Shown: positions 7,323-15,789 of the stretch, piece after piece
Numbering within the stretch: position 1 is the first letter of the stretch
Layout of the letters: every line of letters starts with the position of its first letter
Assembly: GCA_019056805.1 (NCBI GenBank)
Contig: DXJG01000011.1
Span: 1 to 16,141 of the forward strand
Direction: 5' to 3'
Length of the DNA: 16,141 bases
Origin: Candidatus Baldrarchaeota archaeon
Lineage (GTDB): Archaea; Asgardarchaeota; Baldrarchaeia; Baldrarchaeales; DXJG01
The notes under the pieces: model-generated
The model's database searches: none
Told to the model about the DNA's origin: nothing
The model's input: the letters and a program-made list of their open reading frames with translations, nothing else
Position numbers and translations under genes: made by a program

Positions 7323-7466
7323 CTTGAGGGGGTCTCAGCCTAGCTTAGACAAGTCATTTCATCATGTGAAGGTGATGAGTAAAGCTTTCTAAGCTGGTTA
7401 TCATCGGCTCTGATGACATTTATTTTAACTTTAGTTTATAAGTTGAGTCCTAGATGGGTGTGATAA

Positions 7467-8942
7467 ATGAATACTAAGTTGACTAAGTTGGTAGGTGCGG
7501 CAATTATTGTGGTGCTACTTTCATTAACGGTCTATGGATGTTACGAATTATTGCTCAACGAGTCGGAGAAACCGTGCACAGCAAAGGTGAAAATGCATAT
7601 AATCCCGGTGGATGAGAAAGGAAAAGAGGTCCGGTGGAACTTCTGCACAGCAATACATAATTTTACCGAGTACTGGGCTAAGCCGCATAGCGAAGTAGTA
7701 TATCTAGGAACCAAAAGAACGGTGACATTGAATGTGCATAGAGAACTACTTATTGGAGGAAGATTGCTTATCCATGAATATGCCATCTTCCTGTATAATG
7801 GTACGCACTCGGGTGGAAAGCTGGTTCGTATAGAGCCTAGGGAGTACCGTATTGAACTTTCCATCAGAATACGTGTATATAGGGTATCTGAAAACTCACA
7901 TTCACCTCTAAGAAAAGTCGTACCACCCCTACTTAACTCGTCGTCAGAACCAGTAAAAGGTTATTGCTATGAGGAACTCGAAGAAGTTGTATATACGTCA
8001 GAATTGATGCCTGCTTTACAACTTCATTCAATAGGAGGAATTTCCGTTAGCGTCCACTTTGAAATAGGCAACTACTTATTCTATTCTCAAAAGTATAGAG
8101 AAGCAGATCTACCGGGTGAGTGGGGTCCTTGGCAGACATCTGGCGATAAGGCCACAAAATCTAACAATAAACTCACAACGGGATCAATTTCGGGTGGCAG
8201 TAAAAAGTGGATCTACGTAAACGTAGATTATAGATATGAGCGATGGTTTTACGGGGTGGATTGGGTCCAATGGTGGAGGGAAATAGTGACGCCAGTGAGT
8301 TTTGGAGGATATGACTGGGGTGAGTCTATATCATGCACTTACTGTGAAGGAACTCCTACAGGCTTTGTACAGAGCTATCCTAGGGGCACTGGAATGCCTA
8401 TCGAAATGAGCCTAGGTCCAGGCATCAGCGAGATTGAGAGATCAGGTATAAGCGTATCCTTCGAGGTGTCTTATGGTGTGGTCTCCCTGACTGTAGAGTT
8501 ATGGTATGAAATAGAGAGAGGTGAAGCTCTCTATCCTCCATCAATACTGGTTAATGTAGATACATGGTACGCTGACACTTTATATGTCTTCGATGCCAGC
8601 ACCGAGTGGAAGGTAGTGCATTTCACGTGGAGTGGCGGAGGTAGTGGTGGTATGGTTTTTAGGCGTGGTGTTTTTAGGGTTTCTGATTATTGGGTTAGGG
8701 AATGTATTTCTTGGTTTGTTAGGGATCTTGATCTTAATAGATTGGGTGATTTCTTTATTGTTGGTCTGGGTTGTGGTTATAGTCCTTTCCATAAGTATCT
8801 TGAAGATGTAGTTAGGGTTGAAGGTAAGGCTCGTGATATTGAGGTGTATACGGGTTACTATGAAGGGGTTAAGGTATCTGCTATTGCGACTCCTGGTGGT
8901 ATGGTTCATACGGAGCCTGTGGTGATTTTGGGAGGTTGCTAG
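7467..8942 (+). CDS. Hypothetical secreted or membrane-anchored protein (~395 aa) fused in frame to the N-terminal ~96 aa of a nucleoside phosphorylase
   Basis: N-terminal basic plus hydrophobic segment (KLTKLVGAAIIVVLLSLTVYGCY), sequons NFT, NGT and NSS, beta-rich aromatic body, then a GGGSGG linker. From ATG 8652 the sequence resembles a PNP/UDP N-terminus (YTGYYEGVKVSAIATPGG). Confidence 0.65.
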   Translation: MNTKLTKLVGAAIIVVLLSLTVYGCYELLLNESEKPCTAKVKMHIIPVDEKGKEVRWNFCTAIHNFTEYWAKPHSEVVYLGTKRTVTLNVHRELLIGGRLLIHEYAIFLYNGTHSGGKLVRIEPREYRIELSIRIRVYRVSENSHSPLRKVVPPLLNSSSEPVKGYCYEELEEVVYTSELMPALQLHSIGGISVSVHFEIGNYLFYSQKYREADLPGEWGPWQTSGDKATKSNNKLTTGSISGGSKKWIYVNVDYRYERWFYGVDWVQWWREIVTPVSFGGYDWGESISCTYCEGTPTGFVQSYPRGTGMPIEMSLGPGISEIERSGISVSFEVSYGVVSLTVELWYEIERGEALYPPSILVNVDTWYADTLYVFDASTEWKVVHFTWSGGGSGGMVFRRGVFRVSDYWVRECISWFVRDLDLNRLGDFFIVGLGCGYSPFHKYLEDVVRVEGKARDIEVYTGYYEGVKVSAIATPGGMVHTEPVVILGGC

Positions 8943-9453
8943 AAATGTTAAAGCTATTGTGGGTGTTGGTTTTTGTGGGGTTTTGAGGGAAGATATTGGT
9001 ATTGGTGATGTGGTGATACCTGTTGCGGCTGCAAGGGATGAAGATACAACTGATCATTATGTGGATAAGAAGGTGCCTGCTGTAGCAGATTTTGAATTAA
9101 TTTCGAAGTTAATTGAGGTGGCTAGAAGGTATAAATTGAAAGTTCATGTTGGATCTATAGTTACGACGTCATCACCGTTTAGTGAGGATGTAGAATGGGT
9201 TAGGAAATGGAGTAGTTATGGTGTATTGGCGGTTAAGTGTGAAACGTCGGTCCTATATCTTCTATCATACTTGAATAATATACCAGTGGCAGCAATACTT
9301 ACTGTAAGTGATAATGTTGTGAAGAAAGAAATGTACTGGATGAAACCTGAAGTAGAGAAAGCAATGGTGGAAACTTATGATAAGGTAATTAAGGTAGCCT
9401 TAGATATTTTAACTGAAATAGTTTATAGCGAAAAACATGGTTTATACCGCTAA
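8652..9453 (+). pseudogene. Nucleoside phosphorylase (PNP/UDP family), split by a +1 frameshift at ~8930-8932
   Basis: The 3' ORF has VGVGFCGVL..DI.IGDVVIP.AA.RDE, HVG.IVTT, VKCETSVL and ILTVSD but no N-terminus. The missing N-terminus lies in the upstream frame from ATG 8652 (SD-like GGTGGT). Removing one G from the GGG at 8930-8932 gives ..PVVILEVARNVKAIVGVG.. continuously. Confidence 0.75.
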
Positions 9454-9560
9454 TATCTTTAAAATACACAATTTAGTTTCAAATTTCCCTAATATGGTTC
9501 AAAACACCATAAAAATCTTAAAAATAAATTTGATTAGAAGAAGGATTGGAGAGGAAAATG

Positions 9561-12500
9561 CTAGTTTTGTTCTTCGGTGGGGTGTATGATTTTTTGGTTG
9601 ATGAGGATTTTTAGGGTTTTTAGGGTTTTTAGTGGGTTTATTTTTTCTTTTTTGGTTACTTCTGTTAGTAGTTTTGCTATGGTGAATGATCCTTCTATTT
9701 CTGTGATTTCTTTCGCTACTTTTAATATTTTTCTTTTGATTCCTCTAATTCTTGGAGGGATTTCTGTGACTTCGTATTTTGTGAAGATGTGTTTTGGGAA
9801 GCTTTCTTTTACTATGTTTTTGGCTTTGTCAAAAATTGATATTTCGAAGGTGTTGGTTTTAAGGTTTTTTTCGAATTTGTCTTCAAATTTGTCTAGGAAG
9901 TTTCTTAGGGATTCTTTTATTTCTGGGAGTAGTTTTCCGGGTGCTATGAGTATTGAGTAGGCGTATTTTCCTGAGTGGAATGTTAGTACTTTGGGTTCTG
10001 GGGTTTCGTAGTATATTTCTCCAATTTCTCCTTCTCCTGTGCCTCCGATTTCGGAGTAGAATCCTCTTACTGCTTGGACAAATCCTGCTACGATGTTTGG
10101 GTCTGTAGGTGTCTTTTTGAAGGAGTATTCGAATATGCAGCGTCCGCTTTCTTTGTCGACGACTAGGAGAGATTCTAGGCTGTTGAGTTCTAATATGAGT
10201 TCGTATTCTCGTAGAAGTTTTTTGTTTTCTGTTTTTATTTTGTGTTTTCTTTTTGATATGTATCCGAAGGTTCCTATAAAGATGATAGATGTGATTAATA
10301 TTATTGTGGTAAGCCAGCGTGGAAGTAGGGATTTCGAAGTTGAAATAGAGGGTTTGATTGTGATGTTGTAGGTGGTGTGTGCGGAGGTTTTATCGGTCAT
10401 TCCTTCGTAAACTACTGTTATTTGTATTTTGGACATTTCGTTATTTGTTGGTATGGTGTATGAGAATTCTCCTTTCGTGTTTGTTACGGTTTCGTATTCA
10501 AATTGTTTCTTTGTTCCATTTTTGTAAGTCACTAAGACTATTATTTTGATGGTTGCCATGCCTATTGGATCTTTGTTTTCTGTGGTTAGAGTTCCTGATA
10601 TTAATATGGTGTTGCCAGCAGTTACTTCTTGTGGGACATTAACTGTAAGTATTGTGCGTGTTTTTGGTAGAATGTAAAGTGGAATTTCAAGTGTTTGTGG
10701 AAGATAGTATGGTGCCTCTATTACTACGTTTATTGAATAGTTGCCGGGTTGGAGTCCTGTTAGGTTTAAAGTGCAGCTATAGTTTTGATAGTTAAATGTT
10801 GCAAGCCATTTATGGTTGTTTACGGTTAATGTGATGCTGCAGTTTTCTAATGGAGTGTTTCGGAAAGAATCTATGATGTTAAAGTGTATTGTTATTGTTT
10901 CGTTTTCATATTGTTTAAGGACTTGGGGTTGATATGTTATTTTCATTTTTCCATAAATTGTTAGGTATCCTTTCCATGTTTTGGTTTCATGATTTGGGCA
11001 GTTTACCATGATGGAGATGGAGTAGTTGCCGACATATTGTGTTATGTTAAAGTAGATGGTTGATGAGTTGCTAAAGATTGTAAGTACTGATTCGTTGAGA
11101 TAAATTGTGCCATTAAAGTGGGTTATTGGGTTTCCCCATTGATCTGTATAGTTTATTGATATTGTAAACTGTTGTCCGGCTTCTATTTCTTTGGGGCATA
11201 ATACATCAAGATTCGTTTTCTTGGGCATTATGCGAATTGTGATGTTTATTTCTTTGGGTTCATAGCTCTCTTTTGAACATTGAATTGTCATATTGTACGT
11301 TCCTAGTTCATGAAAAGTTGTTATATTTATGTATGCCGTGCCATTATATTCGAAAATGTATTTTGATGTCCCAATGTATCCTATAACGGTTGCATTTTCA
11401 AGATGTGTGCCATTAATATCTGTGTAATAGATGGTTATTGTTAATGGGGTTTCATAGTTTCCAATTATGGTTTCATTTGGCATGCTTACATTTGTTGAAT
11501 ACACAAATGTGATGTTAAAGCTGAGGATTGCATCTTCATATCCCGTTTTTTGAGCGTATACGGTCAAGGAATGATTCCCAGAAGAATATCCCTTTGTGGT
11601 GAGGTTGGCGGCATATATACCTTCTCCTTCATCTTTGAAGTAAGTAACTTGGTTGTTCCACGTTGTCCAGACCGTTGCACCTTCTATTCCGGTATCGTGA
11701 ACTTTATCAACATATTTTACCTTTACTGTTGCATTTTCACCTATACAATAATAGGGAGCAGTATGGCTTTCAAGAAATGCGGAATACACAAATAAAACAT
11801 TACCAATGTACAGGTAACCAGCTTCGAATCCTGTAAGAAAAAGTGTTGCAATAATGTATGTTCCATTTGTAAATGACTTATCTGGTGTCCAGTAGATTCC
11901 TAGTGATGACTTATTGTTGGTTGGTTGCGAAGTATTGTAATAGAGAATATTATCTGAGGAGTTGTATACTAAGAAGGTGAGGGTCCCGTTCCAATCATGA
12001 GCTCCTGGTATTAGAAGAATTAAAAAGGAATTTTCTTCGTCTATAATAACGGGTGAGGGAGAATCGATTTTTTTAACGTAGTTGGGACTAGTGAACTCTA
12101 TGCGCCAGTTATCGTAAACATATAAAGTAATGTTTTTCCAGTTTGCTGCAGTAATTGGTGTTTCCTCTATGTCTGTTATATTCCAGCATCTGGAGACATT
12201 CCAATCTTTTGGAACTTTGAATGTAACACTACAATTTGTAAAGGTTGACGGAAAGGTTTCAGAGGGTGAAACGTTCCAGAAAACTGTAGTAGTATCAGCA
12301 TCTGCTAAAAATCTTGTCAGACACCGACTGTCTTTGTCGTGTTTCATAAGGTAATTTAGATCAAAGGTTATGTTCCAAAGAGAAGTTATGTTAAACGTTA
12401 TACTTTCGCTATTGTTGAGTACGCCCTCTAGTTCTATGATTCCACTATTCGGTACTTGTGTTCCGTTAACTTGAAGATTTATTTCTGAAGGTGAGAGGGA

Positions 12501-13379
12501 TAGGTCGAGTGGTTGAAGATTTAAATCCATGACCATATCGATATTTGAGATGTTGTACGTGTTTGATATCCAGACATCTTCTTCGTTTTCTCCATCCGTA
12601 GCGTCGTTAACACAATACCACCAAAAATCGTATGCTTTTGGCGCGGGAGGTCCTGCTTCGGCTTCTAACCGTATGAAAAATGTGTTATTATCCGTTTCGT
12701 TGGTGAGAAGTGTAACATTGATATTTAGTGATAGAAAAAACTGGTCTAAAGAGGATGCGGTTTCAAACAGGGTTTCTCCACTTTTAATTATTTTGTCAGG
12801 ATACGAAGTATTAGAGAGAGAATTCCACGTAGAGTTTAAGATAGCCCACCTCAAAGTAAAACTACCGTCAACGTAAACCAAGATTTGTACCGTATCTAGG
12901 TGGCATGACATAGGTAGGGTAAAAGAAGCGTATACGGTTAGATTCTGGTCATTACTATTTTCAAAGAATTTTACGTAACCATCTGGACTATCCTCTTCTA
13001 TTATTTTTGAGAAATTTTGCGGTGTTATTTTTTCAAATTTAAGCCTTATATTACTCGTACTATATCCATAAGTCTTTACTTGAGTAATATTGGCAAACTT
13101 GTCAAATCTTCTATTTGTATCGATAAAAAAATGATTCGTGGAAGCATTACCAAGCGATCTATTTTGTTGTCCATAAAGAATTGTCAAAATTCTTGATCCA
13201 TTTCCCTTAATATATGGTTGAAATGTTTCTATCGAGTCTGTTTCAATAATATTATCATTTTCTAAGCATCTGGAGGGAGGAGAAGTTACCCAGAGGACGC
13301 TGAATATTAATGGTAAAATTAATAGTATGAAAATTTGCCTAGTTCTTCGGGAACTCTTTAACAACTGGGTACCTCCCAA
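9561..13379 (-). CDS. Large single-pass surface protein: signal anchor, ~1000-aa glycosylated ectodomain with about five Ig-like repeats, TM helix, cytoplasmic longin-like and winged-helix-like domains
   Basis: N-terminal RRTRQIFILLILPLIFSVLW, many NxS/T sequons, and repeats of the type (V/I)xYxD..G.P(I/L)..A.V..Y.(L/I)T(V/I)...K.GY. TM WLTTIILITSIIFIGTFGYI (~10260-10315) is followed by SKRKHK, then LLVVDKESGRCIFEYSF..DPNIVAGFVQAVRGFYSEI. The likely start is TTG 13364, 6 nt after GGAGGT. Confidence 0.8.
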   Translation of the reverse strand: MGGTQLLKSSRRTRQIFILLILPLIFSVLWVTSPPSRCLENDNIIETDSIETFQPYIKGNGSRILTILYGQQNRSLGNASTNHFFIDTNRRFDKFANITQVKTYGYSTSNIRLKFEKITPQNFSKIIEEDSPDGYVKFFENSNDQNLTVYASFTLPMSCHLDTVQILVYVDGSFTLRWAILNSTWNSLSNTSYPDKIIKSGETLFETASSLDQFFLSLNINVTLLTNETDNNTFFIRLEAEAGPPAPKAYDFWWYCVNDATDGENEEDVWISNTYNISNIDMVMDLNLQPLDLSLSPSEINLQVNGTQVPNSGIIELEGVLNNSESITFNITSLWNITFDLNYLMKHDKDSRCLTRFLADADTTTVFWNVSPSETFPSTFTNCSVTFKVPKDWNVSRCWNITDIEETPITAANWKNITLYVYDNWRIEFTSPNYVKKIDSPSPVIIDEENSFLILLIPGAHDWNGTLTFLVYNSSDNILYYNTSQPTNNKSSLGIYWTPDKSFTNGTYIIATLFLTGFEAGYLYIGNVLFVYSAFLESHTAPYYCIGENATVKVKYVDKVHDTGIEGATVWTTWNNQVTYFKDEGEGIYAANLTTKGYSSGNHSLTVYAQKTGYEDAILSFNITFVYSTNVSMPNETIIGNYETPLTITIYYTDINGTHLENATVIGYIGTSKYIFEYNGTAYINITTFHELGTYNMTIQCSKESYEPKEINITIRIMPKKTNLDVLCPKEIEAGQQFTISINYTDQWGNPITHFNGTIYLNESVLTIFSNSSTIYFNITQYVGNYSISIMVNCPNHETKTWKGYLTIYGKMKITYQPQVLKQYENETITIHFNIIDSFRNTPLENCSITLTVNNHKWLATFNYQNYSCTLNLTGLQPGNYSINVVIEAPYYLPQTLEIPLYILPKTRTILTVNVPQEVTAGNTILISGTLTTENKDPIGMATIKIIVLVTYKNGTKKQFEYETVTNTKGEFSYTIPTNNEMSKIQITVVYEGMTDKTSAHTTYNITIKPSISTSKSLLPRWLTTIILITSIIFIGTFGYISKRKHKIKTENKKLLREYELILELNSLESLLVVDKESGRCIFEYSFKKTPTDPNIVAGFVQAVRGFYSEIGGTGEGEIGEIYYETPEPKVLTFHSGKYAYSILIAPGKLLPEIKESLRNFLDKFEDKFEKNLKTNTFEISIFDKAKNIVKESFPKHIFTKYEVTEIPPRIRGIKRKILKVAKEITEIEGSFTIAKLLTEVTKKEKINPLKTLKTLKILINQKIIHPTEEQN

Positions 13380-13590
13380 TATCTTGCCCTATTTTTGCAG
13401 TTATATATGTAGTATCAGTAATAACTACAATAATTATTATATCGTTCTTAAGAATATAAGACTTGTTTTCGGTAGTTTTTGAGAAATTCGCAATGAGAAG
13501 CAAGAAAAGAAAATCTAAGATATTTTGCCGTCATAACTCATTTCCATGGTGTTTATATCGGATATTCATGAATTTTATTTTCAACGTTAT

Positions 13591-14463
13591 TTATAGTTTG
13601 ATAAACGGAGAACCAACAAATATTATAAGCGCTGTCAACATCGCAATTAAGACAAGATTTTTTATTTTCTTAGCGTTTTCTGACGAGTAGTCTCTAAGTA
13701 GAGAGATTGAAAATATTATGAACAGTGAATCTGTCACGAGAATTATGAGAATGAGGTAGGAAATTCCAAGTAGGCCTAATAGATATGGTAAAGGACTTAA
13801 AACAACTGCTGAGAGATAAAACAATGCTGCAATACGTGCAGCTGTTCTCGGTCCGAAAGATATAGCTATTGTCTTTATGTTTTTAGTTTTATCTCCTTCT
13901 ATGTCTACTATTCCCTTATTGATTTCTCTTCCAGTGTTCGCAAGAAAAGCTAGAAGAGAAAATATTATGAGAATAGGTGGGAAGCTTTTTGTAACCACTA
14001 GTCCTCCGAATAAGAAAGGCGCTGCTACACATAAACTTACAATTATATTTCCCAAGAATCCTGTAGCTTTAAGTTTAGCATTATAGGCAAAGGAAAGACC
14101 TAGAAAGATACTTGCAAAAATGAAGCATTCTAATCCAAGTGGTATAGCTGAAGATAATCCTATAATTGTAAATAATATGAAAAGGAGTACTGCTTCTTTT
14201 GGTGTGATATCTCCGCGTGGAATTGGTCTATTAGGATTATTAATGGCATCTATTTCTCGGTCAAAATAATCATTAATGACATCTGCAGCAGCTTGAAGAA
14301 AAAACCCTGTAAAAAAGCCAAGAATAACCTCCTTTATTTTCAAATAATCTTGAAACGCAAAAATTTCGCCTATAATTACAGCAAAACCAATCATAACACA
14401 ATTAATAACACGCATAATCTCAATGATACCTCTTACTTTCAAGCAAGATTCCTCCACAAACAC
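13591..14463 (-). CDS. Digeranylgeranylglyceryl phosphate (DGGGP) synthase, UbiA prenyltransferase family
   Basis: IMRVINC, NDYFDREIDAINNPNRPIPRG (NDxxDxxxD), YNAKLK..G..GN and REINKGIVDIEGD, with multiple TM helices. The true start may be TTG 14442, after GAGGA. Confidence 0.88.
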   Translation of the reverse strand: MFVEESCLKVRGIIEIMRVINCVMIGFAVIIGEIFAFQDYLKIKEVILGFFTGFFLQAAADVINDYFDREIDAINNPNRPIPRGDITPKEAVLLFILFTIIGLSSAIPLGLECFIFASIFLGLSFAYNAKLKATGFLGNIIVSLCVAAPFLFGGLVVTKSFPPILIIFSLLAFLANTGREINKGIVDIEGDKTKNIKTIAISFGPRTAARIAALFYLSAVVLSPLPYLLGLLGISYLILIILVTDSLFIIFSISLLRDYSSENAKKIKNLVLIAMLTALIIFVGSPFIKL

Positions 14464-14697
14464 CCATACAATAATTTTCTTTCTATATTATTCAAATTAT
14501 GGTGTAAACAGAATAACCACCATTCATTCACAAGCACTTAAAATATATTATATATCATAACCACCGACAAACTAAATTCACAACCTCAATTTTATGAAAT
14601 CAACATAACTTACAATCACCACTTAAACACCTAAAAATTATCCTTATCTAAATATAAAATTCTACCTAAGTTACCAGAGACGTTTAAAAGTAGAAAA

Positions 14698-14775
14698 TGG
14701 TGGGCCCGGAGGGATTTGAACCCTCGACCGCCCGGTTATGAGCCGGACGCTCTAACCTGGCTAAGCTACGGGCCC
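14698..14775 (-). tRNA. tRNA-Ile2(CAU), intronless, CCA encoded (TiaS substrate)
   Basis: Reverse complement GGGCCCG-UA-GCUU-AGCCAGGUUA-GAGC-G-UCCGG-CUCAUAA-CCGGG-CGGUC-GAGGG-UUCAAAU-CCCUC-CGGGCCC-A-CCA, 78 nt. The GGGCCC acceptor is the isoleucine type, and it closely matches the recalled Archaeoglobus tRNA-Ile2. Confidence 0.9.
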
Positions 14776-14867
14776 CTAAGCCAACGTCACCTCACCTGAA
14801 TTTATGCTTTTTGGTAATCCCTACCGCACAACACAACGCTAATATACCGCCGATTTTATTTGGAACC

Positions 14868-15647
14868 ATGGAAGCATATGGCAGATTTTATGCGAACGGA
14901 GAGGTATTCGAGGGATATTTTAAGATTGATGGCGATAAACTGAATTTTGAGGGTCTTGAGTTCCATACCGATGCCTTGAAGTTCCTACCCCCCGTTAAGC
15001 CGAAGAAAATCGTGTGCGTAGGGGTGAATTACAGGGATCATGCTGAAGAATTCGGGAAAGAGGTCCCTGAAGAACCGATAATTTTCATGAAGCCCGAATC
15101 CGCGGTTATAGGAGATTCGGACCCAATAATTCTTCCTCCCCAATCCGGGAGGGTTGACTACGAGGGAGAGCTTGCAGTCGTAATCGCAAAGAGGTGTAGA
15201 AATGTCGGATACGAGGAGGCAAAGGATTTTATCCTTGGTTACACGTGTTTCAACGATGTAACGGCGAGAGATCTGCAATTTAAAGACGGTCAGTGGACAA
15301 GAGGAAAGTCCTTCGACACCTTCGCACCCCTCGGCCCCTACGTAGTTCACGACTTGGATCCTGAAAATCTGAAAATCGAAACGTTTCTGAACGGAAAAAT
15401 CGTGCAGGCATCTAACACTTCGAACATGGCCTTCAATGCGTTCAGGCTTGTGGAATTCATCTCATCGATCATGACGCTGAAAAGGGGTGACGTGATAGCC
15501 ACCGGCACACCCTCTGGCGTGGGAGCGTTGAAGCATGGTGACGTGGTCGAGGTGAGAATAGAGGGAATCGGCGGTCTGAGAAATCCCGTGAGGTCTTGGA
15601 AGTCAGATCCCTGGAAGGCAAATCCTGAGATCACAGGAAGCTTTTAG
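14868..15647 (+). CDS. Fumarylacetoacetate hydrolase (FAH) family protein
   Basis: KIVCVGVNY.DHAEE, PEEPIIFMKP, DYEGELAVVI, GYTCFNDVTARDLQ, WTRGKSFDTF.PLGP and GDVIATGTP.GVG. Start set at ATG 14868 (MEAYGRF) rather than the upstream TTG 14811. Confidence 0.92.
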   Translation: MEAYGRFYANGEVFEGYFKIDGDKLNFEGLEFHTDALKFLPPVKPKKIVCVGVNYRDHAEEFGKEVPEEPIIFMKPESAVIGDSDPIILPPQSGRVDYEGELAVVIAKRCRNVGYEEAKDFILGYTCFNDVTARDLQFKDGQWTRGKSFDTFAPLGPYVVHDLDPENLKIETFLNGKIVQASNTSNMAFNAFRLVEFISSIMTLKRGDVIATGTPSGVGALKHGDVVEVRIEGIGGLRNPVRSWKSDPWKANPEITGSF

Positions 15648-15789
15648 GTGGAGGTATGGAGACAATGCGATAGAAATCACTTCAGAAATTTTTAATAGCC
15701 ACCCGTTCGATGGAACTTCTGAGAAAGTTCTGAAACGGAGTGATTGAAGCGTTAATCTGAACCTGACCTCAACTTTCAGGGTGATTGGG

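Noticed and set aside
7372-7413. Possible C/D box sRNA (GTGATGA ... CTAA ... CTGA)
   Set aside because: C-to-D span is short (~42 nt), C' is not recognisable, and I could not identify a convincing rRNA/tRNA target by eye. A snoscan-type search would settle it.
6860-8660. attL/attR direct repeat or integrase marking an element integrated at tRNA-iMet
   Set aside because: No second copy of the tRNA 3' end and no tyrosine-recombinase motif were found, so no mobile_element feature was called.
14698-14775. Calling this CAU tRNA an elongator or initiator tRNA-Met
   Set aside because: It has G1:C72 with a GGGCCC acceptor and lacks the A1:U72 initiator pair; the sequence matches the Ile2 type.
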